A DNA stretch of 64,000 nt from Candidatus Poribacteria bacterium (GCA_965197475.1 CBDANF010000003.1:1664001-1728000), one strand, 5' to 3'. Positions 30,102-40,020 are shown, numbered from the stretch's first letter. Translations and numbers: made by a program. The notes: generated by a model from the letters alone, not told the origin.

Positions 30102-31468
30102 ACAATATCGTCCTGAATCCTGTTCATGTCATCAATCGTTTTGTCAAAAGTTCGGACTTCAATTCCGAACTTTGGATGAATCTTAGCCGGAACGAGTGTG
30201 TGTGCTTTCTTTCGCCTCTTTTGTCCCTCTTCTAACGGCACTAACGCTTTTTCAGCCACATATAATTTGATCTGATCTGCTTTAATCAACTCGTTGTCCT
30301 GATAACCGTTTTCTTCAGCAATTGCTTTTAGATGTGGTTTGTCGTAGTTAAGCATGATGAGCGTATTCAGCTCCTTGACGATGTAATCGCTATGAGTTGT
30401 GATGAAGACCTTAACCCCCAAATTGACAAGCTGTGCAAAAAGTCTGGCAATGCGGCGTTGATTTTCTGGGTGTAAACTTAATTCGGGTTCGTCTACCATA
30501 AGCAGATCCCCTTTTTCAGCAATGTGCCGCAAATAAAAACTAAGGTCTAATAGTGAACGGACTGCACTTGAACTTTCGACCATAGTCAATTTGGCTTGTG
30601 TGCCTTTTGGGATAAAATAGAGTTGGTCATTTTGTGTAATGGCATATTCACCGCCGACAATATCTGTGAAGTCTTCCAATACTTCCGGATGTTCTTTGGA
30701 GATGAAACTTTTACTCTTCGCGATGTTATCAAGGCGACGCGAATAGTCAACATTGGCTTCTATTGGCAAGGGGTAACTTTGATATCCTTTGGATAGCAAT
30801 TCTCGTAGATCAATCTTTTGGGCATTTCGTTCCATTTCTTTAAGCAGAAGGTTGTGAGCATAATCAAGTTCCTTCCGAAAAATTGAAACCCCGGTACGTT
30901 CAGACGAGAAAATAAAGGTTCTGGGTAAAGAGTCAGAGAAAATATCGTCAGCAATAATAAAATCAATAGCACTTTTTACACTATCAGTATCAATTTTTCT
31001 TTCTCGTTCTTCTCCTATCCCCGAAGCAAGTGTCAGCTCTTCGCTCCCCTTGGACTTTGAAAATATAAGTGACGGGCCTTGGTGAATTTTGATTCTGCTG
31101 TAGAATTCTTTATCTCGTATGTCAATCTCATCTGTCACGAGATGAAATTCGCTATTTTGAAATGCGCCTTCAGACGCTGCAAAAGTTTTATGCAATTGCT
31201 CAGTATATTTCTTACATGCTGCCGTAAACATGTCATCGGTTGCTTGCCCCAATTCAATTTTCACTCGTTCTGTAAGTACCCGTTGGATTTGGGTATTGCT
31301 AATTGGAAGATGGATAAATTCACGCCAAGAACTTAAAAACCCATACAACGCACAAGCTATATAAGTCTTGCCAGTATTATTTTCACCGCAGATGATAGTC
31401 AGATCACCCAGCGAAAATTTTGCCTGTTTTATAATTCCGAGGTTTTTTAAGCGTACTGTAAAGCTCAT
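30086..31468 (-). CDS. ABC/AAA_15-type (AbiEii/OLD-like) ATPase
   Basis: Walker A GENNTGKT, signature-like SSSAVRSL, Walker B LMVDEPELSLHP and H-loop TTHSDY. Confidence 0.9.
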   Translation of the reverse strand: MSFTVRLKNLGIIKQAKFSLGDLTIICGENNTGKTYIACALYGFLSSWREFIHLPISNTQIQRVLTERVKIELGQATDDMFTAACKKYTEQLHKTFAASEGAFQNSEFHLVTDEIDIRDKEFYSRIKIHQGPSLIFSKSKGSEELTLASGIGEERERKIDTDSVKSAIDFIIADDIFSDSLPRTFIFSSERTGVSIFRKELDYAHNLLLKEMERNAQKIDLRELLSKGYQSYPLPIEANVDYSRRLDNIAKSKSFISKEHPEVLEDFTDIVGGEYAITQNDQLYFIPKGTQAKLTMVESSSAVRSLLDLSFYLRHIAEKGDLLMVDEPELSLHPENQRRIARLFAQLVNLGVKVFITTHSDYIVKELNTLIMLNYDKPHLKAIAEENGYQDNELIKADQIKLYVAEKALVPLEEGQKRRKKAHTLVPAKIHPKFGIEVRTFDKTIDDMNRIQDDIVWGEK

Positions 31469-31554
31469 CCTAACACCTCTACAATCGTCATCGTGTCGTT
31501 GATGTCATGTATCAGAGTAATTTCTGTTGTTCGTAGCAATTCATACCAAATATA

Positions 31555-32874
31555 TCAAAATGGCACACCTGGCCTGGTTAGATCGGAGTTAACAGGCTTC
31601 ACACACCGGAACCCGATGTTGGTATAAATGTTTGTTGAAGGGCTTCCGTTACGATGAGAAACCCGTATTCCACTGGCACTATCTGCCCAAGAACCGCCTC
31701 GACTTACGCGGGCAGTTGTAATATTGTTCGGGGAACTATAAATTATATCTAATATTTCTCCACCTGAAATAGGATTTTCACGTGGAGAATTCGCATAAAA
31801 ATCCGCATCGTATTCATCAATACACCACTCCCACACGTTGCCAGCCATGTCATATAGACCGTAGGCGTTAGGAGAATAATTTCCTATAGGCGCGTTGTGC
31901 TCGTATCCATCATCAACATCCTCATCTGCCCAAGTAATAACTTCTTCTCCCCCTTCAAAATTCTCTACTAAACCGGCTACATGCTTATCCGCATAATTAC
32001 ACTGTGTTCCATCCGGCGCATCGTTACCCCACGGATATTTATTTCCACTCAAGCCCCCTCGTGCTGCCATTTCCCATTCTGCTTCTGTAGGTAAACGCTT
32101 GCGTGCCCATCGCGCATAAGCCATTGCATCGTGCCAACTTACACCTACAACCGGATGCTCATTCGTCGGAGATTCCGTAGAAACCCAAGGAGGTAACGCA
32201 CGATGTCCCGTTTCTTGAACAAATTGCTTATACTCGCCAATAGTCACCTCATGGATATCTATATAAAACGCATCAATGTAGACCGTATGCACCGGTTTTT
32301 CATCGTCCTCGGCATCTATCTGCTCGCTTCCCATGAGAAATTCACCTTCAGGAATCAGCACCATACCTTCGGGGATCGTATCAGTCTCCGGTTCAACGGT
32401 CGGAACAATCCGAGATGTTGTAACTTTTGAAGGATCTCCCAGCATATATCTGCTTAAATCGTCTTCGGAAGATATACCAGTACCCGATAACGGATACGCA
32501 TCTATGCTTTTTTCCCAGTAAGGTAGAATTGATGCTACCCAAGATACAGAGGAATCTAAACGCACCGTAAATGTCAGTGATGTCGTTTTTCTCGGGAAAA
32601 CTTCCCAACTGTGAAACGGCTCCTTTCCCGCAGAGACAAATTCAATTAATACTGCCAACCCCTCGGTAGGCGGTTTCGCTTTTAGTAGAAACTGCGCTTC
32701 TCCAACCTCTTTGTAACCCACAAATTCTATGGTGACCTCCGGGATCACCACTACATCTTCGGTTTCACCACACCCGAACAGAAAGCAAATCAGTAGCATT
32801 AATAACACGCGCTGCCATATCAATAACTTCAATTTTTTCCCTCCATGCATGCAACTCACAAGATGTTTTGTCAC
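31555..32874 (-). CDS. Lipoprotein with C-terminal FGE-sulfatase/SUMF1 domain
   Basis: LFGC lipobox; [27 protein letters not shown] and RGGSW...IGFRC. Start uncertain. Confidence 0.85.
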   Translation of the reverse strand: MTKHLVSCMHGGKKLKLLIWQRVLLMLLICFLFGCGETEDVVVIPEVTIEFVGYKEVGEAQFLLKAKPPTEGLAVLIEFVSAGKEPFHSWEVFPRKTTSLTFTVRLDSSVSWVASILPYWEKSIDAYPLSGTGISSEDDLSRYMLGDPSKVTTSRIVPTVEPETDTIPEGMVLIPEGEFLMGSEQIDAEDDEKPVHTVYIDAFYIDIHEVTIGEYKQFVQETGHRALPPWVSTESPTNEHPVVGVSWHDAMAYARWARKRLPTEAEWEMAARGGLSGNKYPWGNDAPDGTQCNYADKHVAGLVENFEGGEEVITWADEDVDDGYEHNAPIGNYSPNAYGLYDMAGNVWEWCIDEYDADFYANSPRENPISGGEILDIIYSSPNNITTARVSRGGSWADSASGIRVSHRNGSPSTNIYTNIGFRCVKPVNSDLTRPGVPF

Positions 32875-32930
32875 ATTTTCAATTTTTAAACATTCACAGG
32901 ATCAAAATGGATGCAGCACTTAGGCTATTA

Positions 32931-34991
32931 TCACAGCATCCCCAAAAACGCATCAATCTCGGTTGTTGGAGTTTGACAGACATAATTTTCGCAGACATAA
33001 GCCGTTGTGCTGTTATCAATCTGCGGTTTGTTTGCAAGTAGCGGCAACGCCCCACCATCATTCGGTTCGCTCAAGGCAACAATTTTGTTGGGTAGATACA
33101 TGCCGTGTAACGCAGTCAACATCGCTTCCGTTTTCGTATCCCTTTTTCCCCCAACTATAGCGATCTCCTTCGGAGTCGATATCAGGAACGCTAACTCACA
33201 AAGCAATTGTCCAGAGCCTGAAGGCATCACTTCTAACTGATTAAAATAGAGTTTCAATGTCTCTACAGCTTTGTTGTGGAATTCCGGTTTGTCCAGATGT
33301 TTGGCAAGTCGGAATAGACTATGGATAGCCATGGATACCCCTGCGGGTGTGGCACCATCATACGCGGATTTGGATTGGACAATGAGCGATTCGTGCGCTT
33401 TGCCTGTAAAGAAGAATCCATCCCCTGCTTCATCCCCAAACTGGTCAATCATCAGATGTGCAAGGCGTTCTGCCTCAGTGAGCCACCTGGGTTCAAAACT
33501 CGCTTCGTAAAGCGCGATTAAGCCCGCAATGAAATAGGAATAATCTTCAAGATAGGCGTTAAGGTGGCTTTTGCCCTCGCGGTAGGTGCGAAACAAAAGT
33601 CCGTTATCTTGGGAGAGTGTCGTCAACACAAACTCAGCGGATTTTTCACAGGCGGTAAGGTATTCAGGTTTTCTGGTCAATTGGTATCCCATCGCCATGC
33701 CACGGATCATAATGCCATTCCAACTGGTTAGAATTTTATCATCAAGTCCAGGTTTAATCCGTTTTTCTCTTTCCTCAAATAACTTTTGCCTACCGTCTGC
33801 AAGGAGTGCCTCTAATTCATCTTGATCCATTCTCAATTTTCGAGCGAAGATGTCCGGGGGTGTTTGGACGTGAAGTATATTTTCACCTTCAAAATTCCCC
33901 TGCGGTGTGATGTCATAATACTCGCAAAAAATTTCAGCGTTCTTTTCCCCGATAATATCTTCCACATCGGGCAGTTCCCATACAAAAAATTTGCCTTCAA
34001 CCCCTTCGCTATCTGCATCTTGTGTAGAGTAGAAGCCACCTTTTTCAGCGTCGTACATCTCACGCAGCACATAATCTAAAGTTTCTGTGGCTATGTCACG
34101 GTAAAAAGAGTTTTGCGTGGCTTGGTATGCTTCAAAATAAGCGACAACAAGTTGGGCATTGTCATAAAGCATCTTCTCAAAGTGCGGCACAAGCCAGCGT
34201 GCGTCTGTAGAATATCTGTGGAAACCACCACCAAGCTGATCATACATACCACCGAGTGCCATTTTTTGCAAAGTGAGTTCTACCATCTCTAACGCATTCG
34301 GATTGCCGCTGTGGTGCCAATAACGCAAAAGAAAAGGGAGTCCCATACTTGGTGGGAATTTGGGGGCATTGCCAAATCCACCATATTGCGAATCGAATTG
34401 GGAACGGTAGTGTTGGAACGCTTTTGTTATAAGTTCTTCAGTGAGTTCATGTTCGTGCGGATCAACAAGATTACTCATCTGATTGAGTTGTGTTGTGAGT
34501 TGATCTGCTTGTTCCAGTACCTGTGCGTTCTTTTCGTTAAATGCTTCTGCAACGGCGTGCATCACTTTTGGGAACCCTGGTCTGCCATATCGATCTTCGG
34601 GCGGATAATAGGTGCCACCGTAGAAAGGTTTCAAATTGGGTGTGAGGAAAACAGTCATAGGCCAACCGCCGTGACGTGTCATAATTTGGACAGCGTTCAT
34701 GTAAATTTCATCTAAATCGGGGCGTTCTTCTCTATCTACCTTGATATTCACGAACAGTTCGTTCATGACTGCTGCAATATCTTCATTTTCAAAGGATTCG
34801 CGTTCCATGACGTGGCACCAATGACAAGCAGAGTAACCGATACTGAGAAGAATAGGTTTCTGTTCGCGTTTTGCGCGTTCCAACGCTTCTTCACCCCACG
34901 GATACCACTCAACAGGGTTGTGTGCGTGCTGAAGCAGATAAGGGCTTGTTTCATGAATAAGGCGATTGGTATGTTTGAGGGTATCGTGCAT
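32931..34991 (-). CDS. Thioredoxin-domain protein, YyaL/SSP411 (DUF255) family
   Basis: [27 protein letters not shown] and [11 protein letters not shown]. The ORF extension to 35150 overlaps the tRNA and is not real. Confidence 0.93.
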   Translation of the reverse strand: MHDTLKHTNRLIHETSPYLLQHAHNPVEWYPWGEEALERAKREQKPILLSIGYSACHWCHVMERESFENEDIAAVMNELFVNIKVDREERPDLDEIYMNAVQIMTRHGGWPMTVFLTPNLKPFYGGTYYPPEDRYGRPGFPKVMHAVAEAFNEKNAQVLEQADQLTTQLNQMSNLVDPHEHELTEELITKAFQHYRSQFDSQYGGFGNAPKFPPSMGLPFLLRYWHHSGNPNALEMVELTLQKMALGGMYDQLGGGFHRYSTDARWLVPHFEKMLYDNAQLVVAYFEAYQATQNSFYRDIATETLDYVLREMYDAEKGGFYSTQDADSEGVEGKFFVWELPDVEDIIGEKNAEIFCEYYDITPQGNFEGENILHVQTPPDIFARKLRMDQDELEALLADGRQKLFEEREKRIKPGLDDKILTSWNGIMIRGMAMGYQLTRKPEYLTACEKSAEFVLTTLSQDNGLLFRTYREGKSHLNAYLEDYSYFIAGLIALYEASFEPRWLTEAERLAHLMIDQFGDEAGDGFFFTGKAHESLIVQSKSAYDGATPAGVSMAIHSLFRLAKHLDKPEFHNKAVETLKLYFNQLEVMPSGSGQLLCELAFLISTPKEIAIVGGKRDTKTEAMLTALHGMYLPNKIVALSEPNDGGALPLLANKPQIDNSTTAYVCENYVCQTPTTEIDAFLGML

Positions 34992-35062
34992 GTGCATTCT
35001 CCAGTGTCTGGGAGTCCGAGTTAAGAAGGCAGGTAATCTACTCCCGCTTTTATAAATGAAAA

Positions 35063-35134
35063 TACCGCTACGGGGATTCGAACCCCGGTTTGATGGCTGA
35101 GAACCATCTGTCCTAACCCCTAGACGATAGCGGC
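35063..35134 (-). tRNA. tRNA-Glu (anticodon CTC), CCA not encoded
   Basis: GCCGCTATCGTCTAGGGGTTAGGAC-A-GATGG TTCTCAG CCATC...GGTTCGAATCC...TAGCGGTA cloverleaf. Confidence 0.95.
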
Positions 35135-35179
35135 TTATATTTTTACGCAATAAGTAGTTTCGGAATTACGCTTATGTTT

Positions 35180-37453
35180 TTAATTAGTTAGCTGAATCTT
35201 AACGATTTCATTTATAAGGTTAAAATCAATCTCTTGCAAATCATTGATAGGTAATCTAATTTCCAACTTACTTAAACGTTTCGAATTAAACTTTCTGTAA
35301 TAGTTATATCGCCATTTTTCACCATTTATAGCAGCACAGATAAAAATTCCAAAATTTTCATATTCTTTATATTCATCTTTTATATCCAGAACAAACACAT
35401 CTGGATTTGCGGCATATTCATAATCATGATAAAAAGCGCAACATGATCCCCTATTAGACGATATTGTGATTGTTCCTGGTGGATAAATTACATTAACACT
35501 ATTTTTATCAACAAAACTTGAAATACCATTGTTAAATTCAGATGTACTAATTAGGGGTAAAGAACCCAATGGAAGTGTTTTTACACGTCCACTATTTCCC
35601 TTCTTAATGGATTTGAAAAATGTTGTTAAATTGAAAAGTCCACATTTTGGTAATCTTAATTCCTTTTCTTTTCCTTTCCGGTCTATAATAGATTTTCCAT
35701 CAATAAGATTGTTCTTTACAAATGAAACATCACAATGATAGTTTTCTGTATCATGTTGACTAATAAACATTTCAGGTGCGCATTCTAAACTTTCCATGTC
35801 TAACAAACTGCAATCAAGTTCTTTTCTGATAGGGTCAGGAACTGTTTGCGTAGCGATATAATTGCCAATTGCTTTAGCAATAGTATTCATATTGCCTTTT
35901 GCTTGTGATACGTTTTGAGTTTTAGTTCTTACTTCATCATCTTTTAGTGTCGCCCATACTACTTTATCAGTAGAGACATTGTGTGGACGATGACATTGTA
36001 AGATAATAGCATGAGTGCCTTTACTTACATTTGGATAAAATAAATCTTCTGGCAATGTTATCACAGCTTTTAATGTATGTTCTTTTAACATGTTTTTGCG
36101 CCAACTAAGTTCTTCACGCTTGTTATTGGTAGAAGTCATTACGGATGTAGGAAGAACAGCAAAAAGCCAACCGTCATCTTTGATGAACTTAAGTGCTACA
36201 TCTACAAATTCCCATTCAAAGGCATTTTCAAGTGCAAATGGCGGATTCATTAATACTTTATCCGCTTTAATATCTAATTTTGCATTCAAACTGTCTCCTT
36301 CAATAATATTACTACTTCCATCCCCACGAAATATCATGTTGACAATAGCTAATGTGGCAATTACGGGGTCATTGTCTATACCATAAAAGTTACCTGACTT
36401 GAAAGTATGTAAATTGTTCTTATCTCTTTTTACTTTATCTAAAGCCGCAACTAAAAATCCTCCTGTTCCACATGCGGGATCAAACACTATATCGTCATAT
36501 TTTACGTCAAGTAGTTTTGCTGCCCATTCTGTTATATGCCGAGGTGTAAAGACAATTCCAAGTTCATTAGCATCATTAGCATATTTTAGAAATTGTTCGT
36601 AGAATTCACCAAGCACATCTATTCCACTATCAATAGCTGATGCTATGTTTAAGTCGCGTAACAAATCTATTGTTTGACATAAAGCAGCTCTATATTTCAT
36701 ATGGTTATCTTGTGATGGTGGCAAGGTAATCTTTATTTGATCGAAGTATTCCTTTTTATTATGTTTTTGAAGGGTAACTTCTGCCCTTGTATTAATATCT
36801 CTAATTAGACGCGTAGCATTATTACTTAGAGATAGTTTCTCATCTTCTGCTAAAGCAAGCAAAATACAAGCCATTACACTGGCTCGATCTCTCTTGTTAA
36901 TTGCACCCTGATGCAAAATCTTGTTAATATTTTTGGTTTTTGATCTAAATCTCTCATAATCTCCCATGTCGTATTCATCTAACCTACCTGTTCCATTCAT
37001 GATTAGAGAATCCATTTGTTTTGGAGATATAAACCCTGTTGCCCTTCTACCGTTAATAGTTAGTATGTTCCACGATTCACCTACTAAGCATTTTGTTTCT
37101 ATGTGATATGTTGCATCAGGACTGCCTGCAATACCTGTAATTATTTTGCAATTTAGTTCTGATTTATTATTAATATCGTTAGCATATCCTATAGCTTCTT
37201 TTACTGCAAGGTCAAGATCATTAATTGAACTTTTTGCTTCAATAGTCCAATATTCACGCTCATTTAATTTCACGATATATTCTGGGCGTTTCAACCCTAA
37301 AGCTAATTTGAGTTGCGGATCGTTTGCAAGTTCATTTTGCGCAAATACTTGTCCACCATTCTTTAGCGATTGTGTTCTCCAACCAAGTTCTTTAAGCTTA
37401 TCAAGAATAAACCCATATAATCTGAATTCGCTATCTTTTATCTTTTTGTTCAT
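35180..37453 (-). CDS. Single-chain type IIG/IIB-like restriction-modification enzyme (REase, N6-adenine MTase, TRD)
   Basis: N-terminal RPEY...IEAK nuclease-like motif; FTPRHI, DPACGTGGFL and NPPF; C-terminal BcgIB/HsdS-like segment (PLISTSEFNNG...AFYHDY). Confidence 0.85.
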   Translation of the reverse strand: MNKKIKDSEFRLYGFILDKLKELGWRTQSLKNGGQVFAQNELANDPQLKLALGLKRPEYIVKLNEREYWTIEAKSSINDLDLAVKEAIGYANDINNKSELNCKIITGIAGSPDATYHIETKCLVGESWNILTINGRRATGFISPKQMDSLIMNGTGRLDEYDMGDYERFRSKTKNINKILHQGAINKRDRASVMACILLALAEDEKLSLSNNATRLIRDINTRAEVTLQKHNKKEYFDQIKITLPPSQDNHMKYRAALCQTIDLLRDLNIASAIDSGIDVLGEFYEQFLKYANDANELGIVFTPRHITEWAAKLLDVKYDDIVFDPACGTGGFLVAALDKVKRDKNNLHTFKSGNFYGIDNDPVIATLAIVNMIFRGDGSSNIIEGDSLNAKLDIKADKVLMNPPFALENAFEWEFVDVALKFIKDDGWLFAVLPTSVMTSTNNKREELSWRKNMLKEHTLKAVITLPEDLFYPNVSKGTHAIILQCHRPHNVSTDKVVWATLKDDEVRTKTQNVSQAKGNMNTIAKAIGNYIATQTVPDPIRKELDCSLLDMESLECAPEMFISQHDTENYHCDVSFVKNNLIDGKSIIDRKGKEKELRLPKCGLFNLTTFFKSIKKGNSGRVKTLPLGSLPLISTSEFNNGISSFVDKNSVNVIYPPGTITISSNRGSCCAFYHDYEYAANPDVFVLDIKDEYKEYENFGIFICAAINGEKWRYNYYRKFNSKRLSKLEIRLPINDLQEIDFNLINEIVKIQLTN

Positions 37454-37556
37454 GATATACTCCTTCAGTATAATTTGATAAACATAATATCACACATGAT
37501 AAAATGTTTCAAATCATTTTCCCTTTCATTTAATTGTAACTGATATGAGTCAGTTG

Positions 37557-37588
37557 ATAGGGACCACGCCAAGAGGCGTGGTCCCTAT
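37557..37588. repeat. Perfect 14-bp GC-rich hairpin upstream of the R-M gene
   Basis: ATAGGGACCACGCC-AAGA-GGCGTGGTCCCTAT. Confidence 0.8.
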
Positions 37589-37666
37589 TCCCTATCTAAC
37601 AATGTTGAAATTAAGTATACTAGAAAAAATATAATGTCAAGAACTTTTTATAAATCTAAAACTATT

Positions 37667-38189
37667 CGGAATTAGTAGTTTTGGGATTTGGAAACTCACT
37701 CTAAACCCTTGCAAAGAGTGAGTTTTGCTTGTTTTAATTCGTCAAAAATGGTATAATATTGGTAAGTTAATAAGGTTATTTTTTTAAGGAATAGGACTTA
37801 CCAATGAAAAACTTTTGGTCGAAATGGTTTGTAAGTGCCTCCAGTGGGATATTAGGCAGAATGCTGCTTGTTGTTTTATGTTTAGGAGCGGGTTTTGTTG
37901 GTGGTCAATATATTTCAATCCCAATAGATAAAGAAATAATCACAGGTGCAGGACTCTTCATCGGTATTATTGCACTTTTTATTACAGCTTTTTTCCCTAT
38001 CTGGCTTCCTATGATATTGGAATGGTCTATTATGAAGAAAGATTTTAAAATCAAATCACAGGAATTAGAAAATGAGAACCTAAAATTGAAGTTAAAATTG
38101 CAACAGCAAGAACAACAATCTTTGCCAGATCAAGATGAGTAATATATTCAATAACCTACTGAAATCCAAGTCCCAAACTACTTATTCCA
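37667..38189. mobile_element. Nested mini-cassette with related terminal repeats carrying one gene
   Basis: Left end CGGAATTAGTAGTTTTGGGATTTGGA; right end (rc) TGGAATAAGTAGTTTGGGACTTGGA. Degenerate flanks AAACTATT / TAACTAAA. Confidence 0.7.
37804..38142 (+). CDS. Two-TM protein with C-terminal coiled coil
   Basis: AGGA RBS, upstream TGGTATAAT extended -10, two hydrophobic helices and a KSQELENENLKLKLKLQQQ tail. Confidence 0.7.
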   Translation: MKNFWSKWFVSASSGILGRMLLVVLCLGAGFVGGQYISIPIDKEIITGAGLFIGIIALFITAFFPIWLPMILEWSIMKKDFKIKSQELENENLKLKLKLQQQEQQSLPDQDE

Positions 38190-38300
38190 TAACTAAATAT
38201 GTGACATAAAACATAAACCCCACATCAAAACAAAAGGAAATCATAAGATAGCAACATCTCACCCGCTCCCTCACATACAAACACACAAAGAAATAATAAA

Positions 38301-39284
38301 ATGAATTCACCTAAAATTTTTCTTTCACATGTAAAAGAAAATGAACCAATTATCAAATCTATTGATCAAAATCTCACAAGATACGGTATTAATGTAATTA
38401 CTGACTACAAAAATATAGAAGGTGGTTCAAATTGGGAAAAAACATTAGAAAAACTTATAGAAGGTAGTGACTATTTTATCCTATGCTTTTCCAAAGAATT
38501 TGAACAACGTAAAAAAAGTGTCGCACATAGAGAATTGGATTATGCTATAAAATGTGCAAAAGATATTCCCTTTTGGAAAAAATGGATAATTCCAATCAAA
38601 ATTAATGAATGCACAATCCCTGATAGAGAAATCAGATCAGGTGAAAAACTTACTCACCTACAATGGATCAGCTTATTTCCTCGTAGCAAATTCAAAAACG
38701 GCATTAAATCTATTGTAAACATAATAAAGAGCGAACAATTGGAAAATACAACAAACGATAAAACAAGAAAGCACAATAGAAATAACAGTTATGTTAAAGA
38801 ACGAAAAAGATTAAATAGAATAATTTCTTTCGAAATAGATATGTCTCCTATTGATTTTATTAAATCACTCCCCCAAATAAAATCGGATTTATTACAGGAA
38901 ATTGGAACAATAAAAGATTCCAAAACCCCTATAGGTGGAACAACTATTGACATCTGCGAAATAAATGAATTGTATATTGATGCACTTCAAAAGATCCTAA
39001 CAAAACTTGCATCTTTCTATTCATCAGATTATTTTATAGACCAATCTCCACAAAATTTCTTTTCAGAGATAATATTTGCACGTAACCCTTTTTACAACAT
39101 AATAACTGAACCAGATGGCATAGGAACAGGGGGGACCATAAGGGGTATTCATTATACCCGCTTAGTAATCGAAGATATTGAAAATCTTATCAAAATAATG
39201 GTTGATGGATTACTATACCCTAAAGGTGATTATCCTGGTCTTGATTACGACAATTGGCTAAAACACTGGCGAGATTCAAGTTAA
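38301..39284 (+). CDS. TIR-domain protein with uncharacterised C-terminal domain
   Basis: KIFLSH...TDYKNIEGGSNW...SDYFILCFS...VAHRELDYA...IIPIKINECTIP, a TIR_2 pattern with Glu at the catalytic position. Confidence 0.85.
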   Translation: MNSPKIFLSHVKENEPIIKSIDQNLTRYGINVITDYKNIEGGSNWEKTLEKLIEGSDYFILCFSKEFEQRKKSVAHRELDYAIKCAKDIPFWKKWIIPIKINECTIPDREIRSGEKLTHLQWISLFPRSKFKNGIKSIVNIIKSEQLENTTNDKTRKHNRNNSYVKERKRLNRIISFEIDMSPIDFIKSLPQIKSDLLQEIGTIKDSKTPIGGTTIDICEINELYIDALQKILTKLASFYSSDYFIDQSPQNFFSEIIFARNPFYNIITEPDGIGTGGTIRGIHYTRLVIEDIENLIKIMVDGLLYPKGDYPGLDYDNWLKHWRDSS

Positions 39285-39399
39285 ATTATAATCATACATG
39301 ACAGCACTTCACATATAAACACACAGATATTCACAAAATAATAGGTAAGCCCAAAACTACTTATTGCGTATTTTTATAGGTGTTGCTCTACTGCCGATA

Positions 39400-39834
39400 T
39401 TACGATTCGCTTTCAGTTGTTAGTCTTCCTGCGTGTTCAATCATCTCACTTAACACATCAAGATTAACATCTGATAGGTTGCGAAAACTGACGCTGCTTT
39501 TACCAGTCTTGACTTTGCCGAGTCGGGAGTCATAGATTTCAGCCAAGTAACGTTTTCCTTCGACTGCATTTACATACACGCTGAAGTAATTTTTCTGTCG
39601 AGCTAATCCAACAAGAAACCATTCGACCTGCTTCTTATCAGAACGTTGATATGAAAAATTTCCGTAGCCAATGATCTGCTGTTCGCTGCCGCCCCAAAAA
39701 ACACCTTCCCACATACAGTAGTCCTGATCTGGTAATGCTGTCTTGATTAGCGTGTGAAGTTCCTCTAAAACCTTTCTAATATCTGGTTCTTGGTTTGCAA
39801 TATACTCATCAGGTGAGGTTTCTACCCGTTCCAT
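39400..39834 (-). CDS. DUF1801 (YdhG-like) protein
   Basis: IIGYG..Y...EWF.VGLARQKNYFSVY and GKVKTGKS motifs. Confidence 0.8.
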   Translation of the reverse strand: MERVETSPDEYIANQEPDIRKVLEELHTLIKTALPDQDYCMWEGVFWGGSEQQIIGYGNFSYQRSDKKQVEWFLVGLARQKNYFSVYVNAVEGKRYLAEIYDSRLGKVKTGKSSVSFRNLSDVNLDVLSEMIEHAGRLTTESES

Positions 39835-39893
39835 CTTGTCTCCTCTCAGGTTTACAACACAACTGTGTTCAAGTTGTTACTTTGTAAAGAAAG

Positions 39894-39967
39894 TGGCTGC
39901 CCGGGAAGGACTCGAACCTTCACTACATGGTCCAGAGCCATGCGTCCTACCATTAGACGACCGGGCA
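39894..39967 (-). tRNA. tRNA-Gln (anticodon CTG) with encoded CCA
   Basis: TGCCCGGTCGTCTAATGGTAGGAC-G-CATGG CTCTGGA CCATG...GGTTCGAGTCC...CCGGGCAGCCA. Confidence 0.95.
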
Positions 39968-39982
39968 TTGACCTTCGTGTTA

Positions 39983-40011
39983 AGTATATCTTAATAGGTA
40001 CTGCTTGTCAA
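39983..40011 (-). promoter_or_regulatory. Sigma70 promoter of tRNA-Gln
   Basis: TTGACA-17 nt-TATACT, 15 nt upstream of the tRNA. Confidence 0.75.
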
Positions 40012-40020
40012 TGTTTTCTG

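Larger units (their letters stand above)
35146..39368. mobile_element. Transposase-less cargo cassette with terminal inverted repeats and 8-bp TSD (IS1595/ISNha5-like ends)
   Basis: Left end CGCAATAAGTAGTTTCGGAATTAC; right end (rc) CGCAATAAGTAGTTTTGGGCTTAC. Both flanks read TATTTTTA (35138-45 and 39369-76). Interior is visibly AT-rich. Confidence 0.88.

Noticed and set aside
34992-35150. N-terminal extension of the 739-aa ORF
   Set aside because: It runs through tRNA-Glu; the RBS and family N-terminus indicate a start near 34991.
35063-39967. Integrase-type genomic island at a tRNA att site
   Set aside because: No integrase and no duplicated tRNA 3' end; the boundaries are explained by inverted repeats plus an 8-bp duplication.
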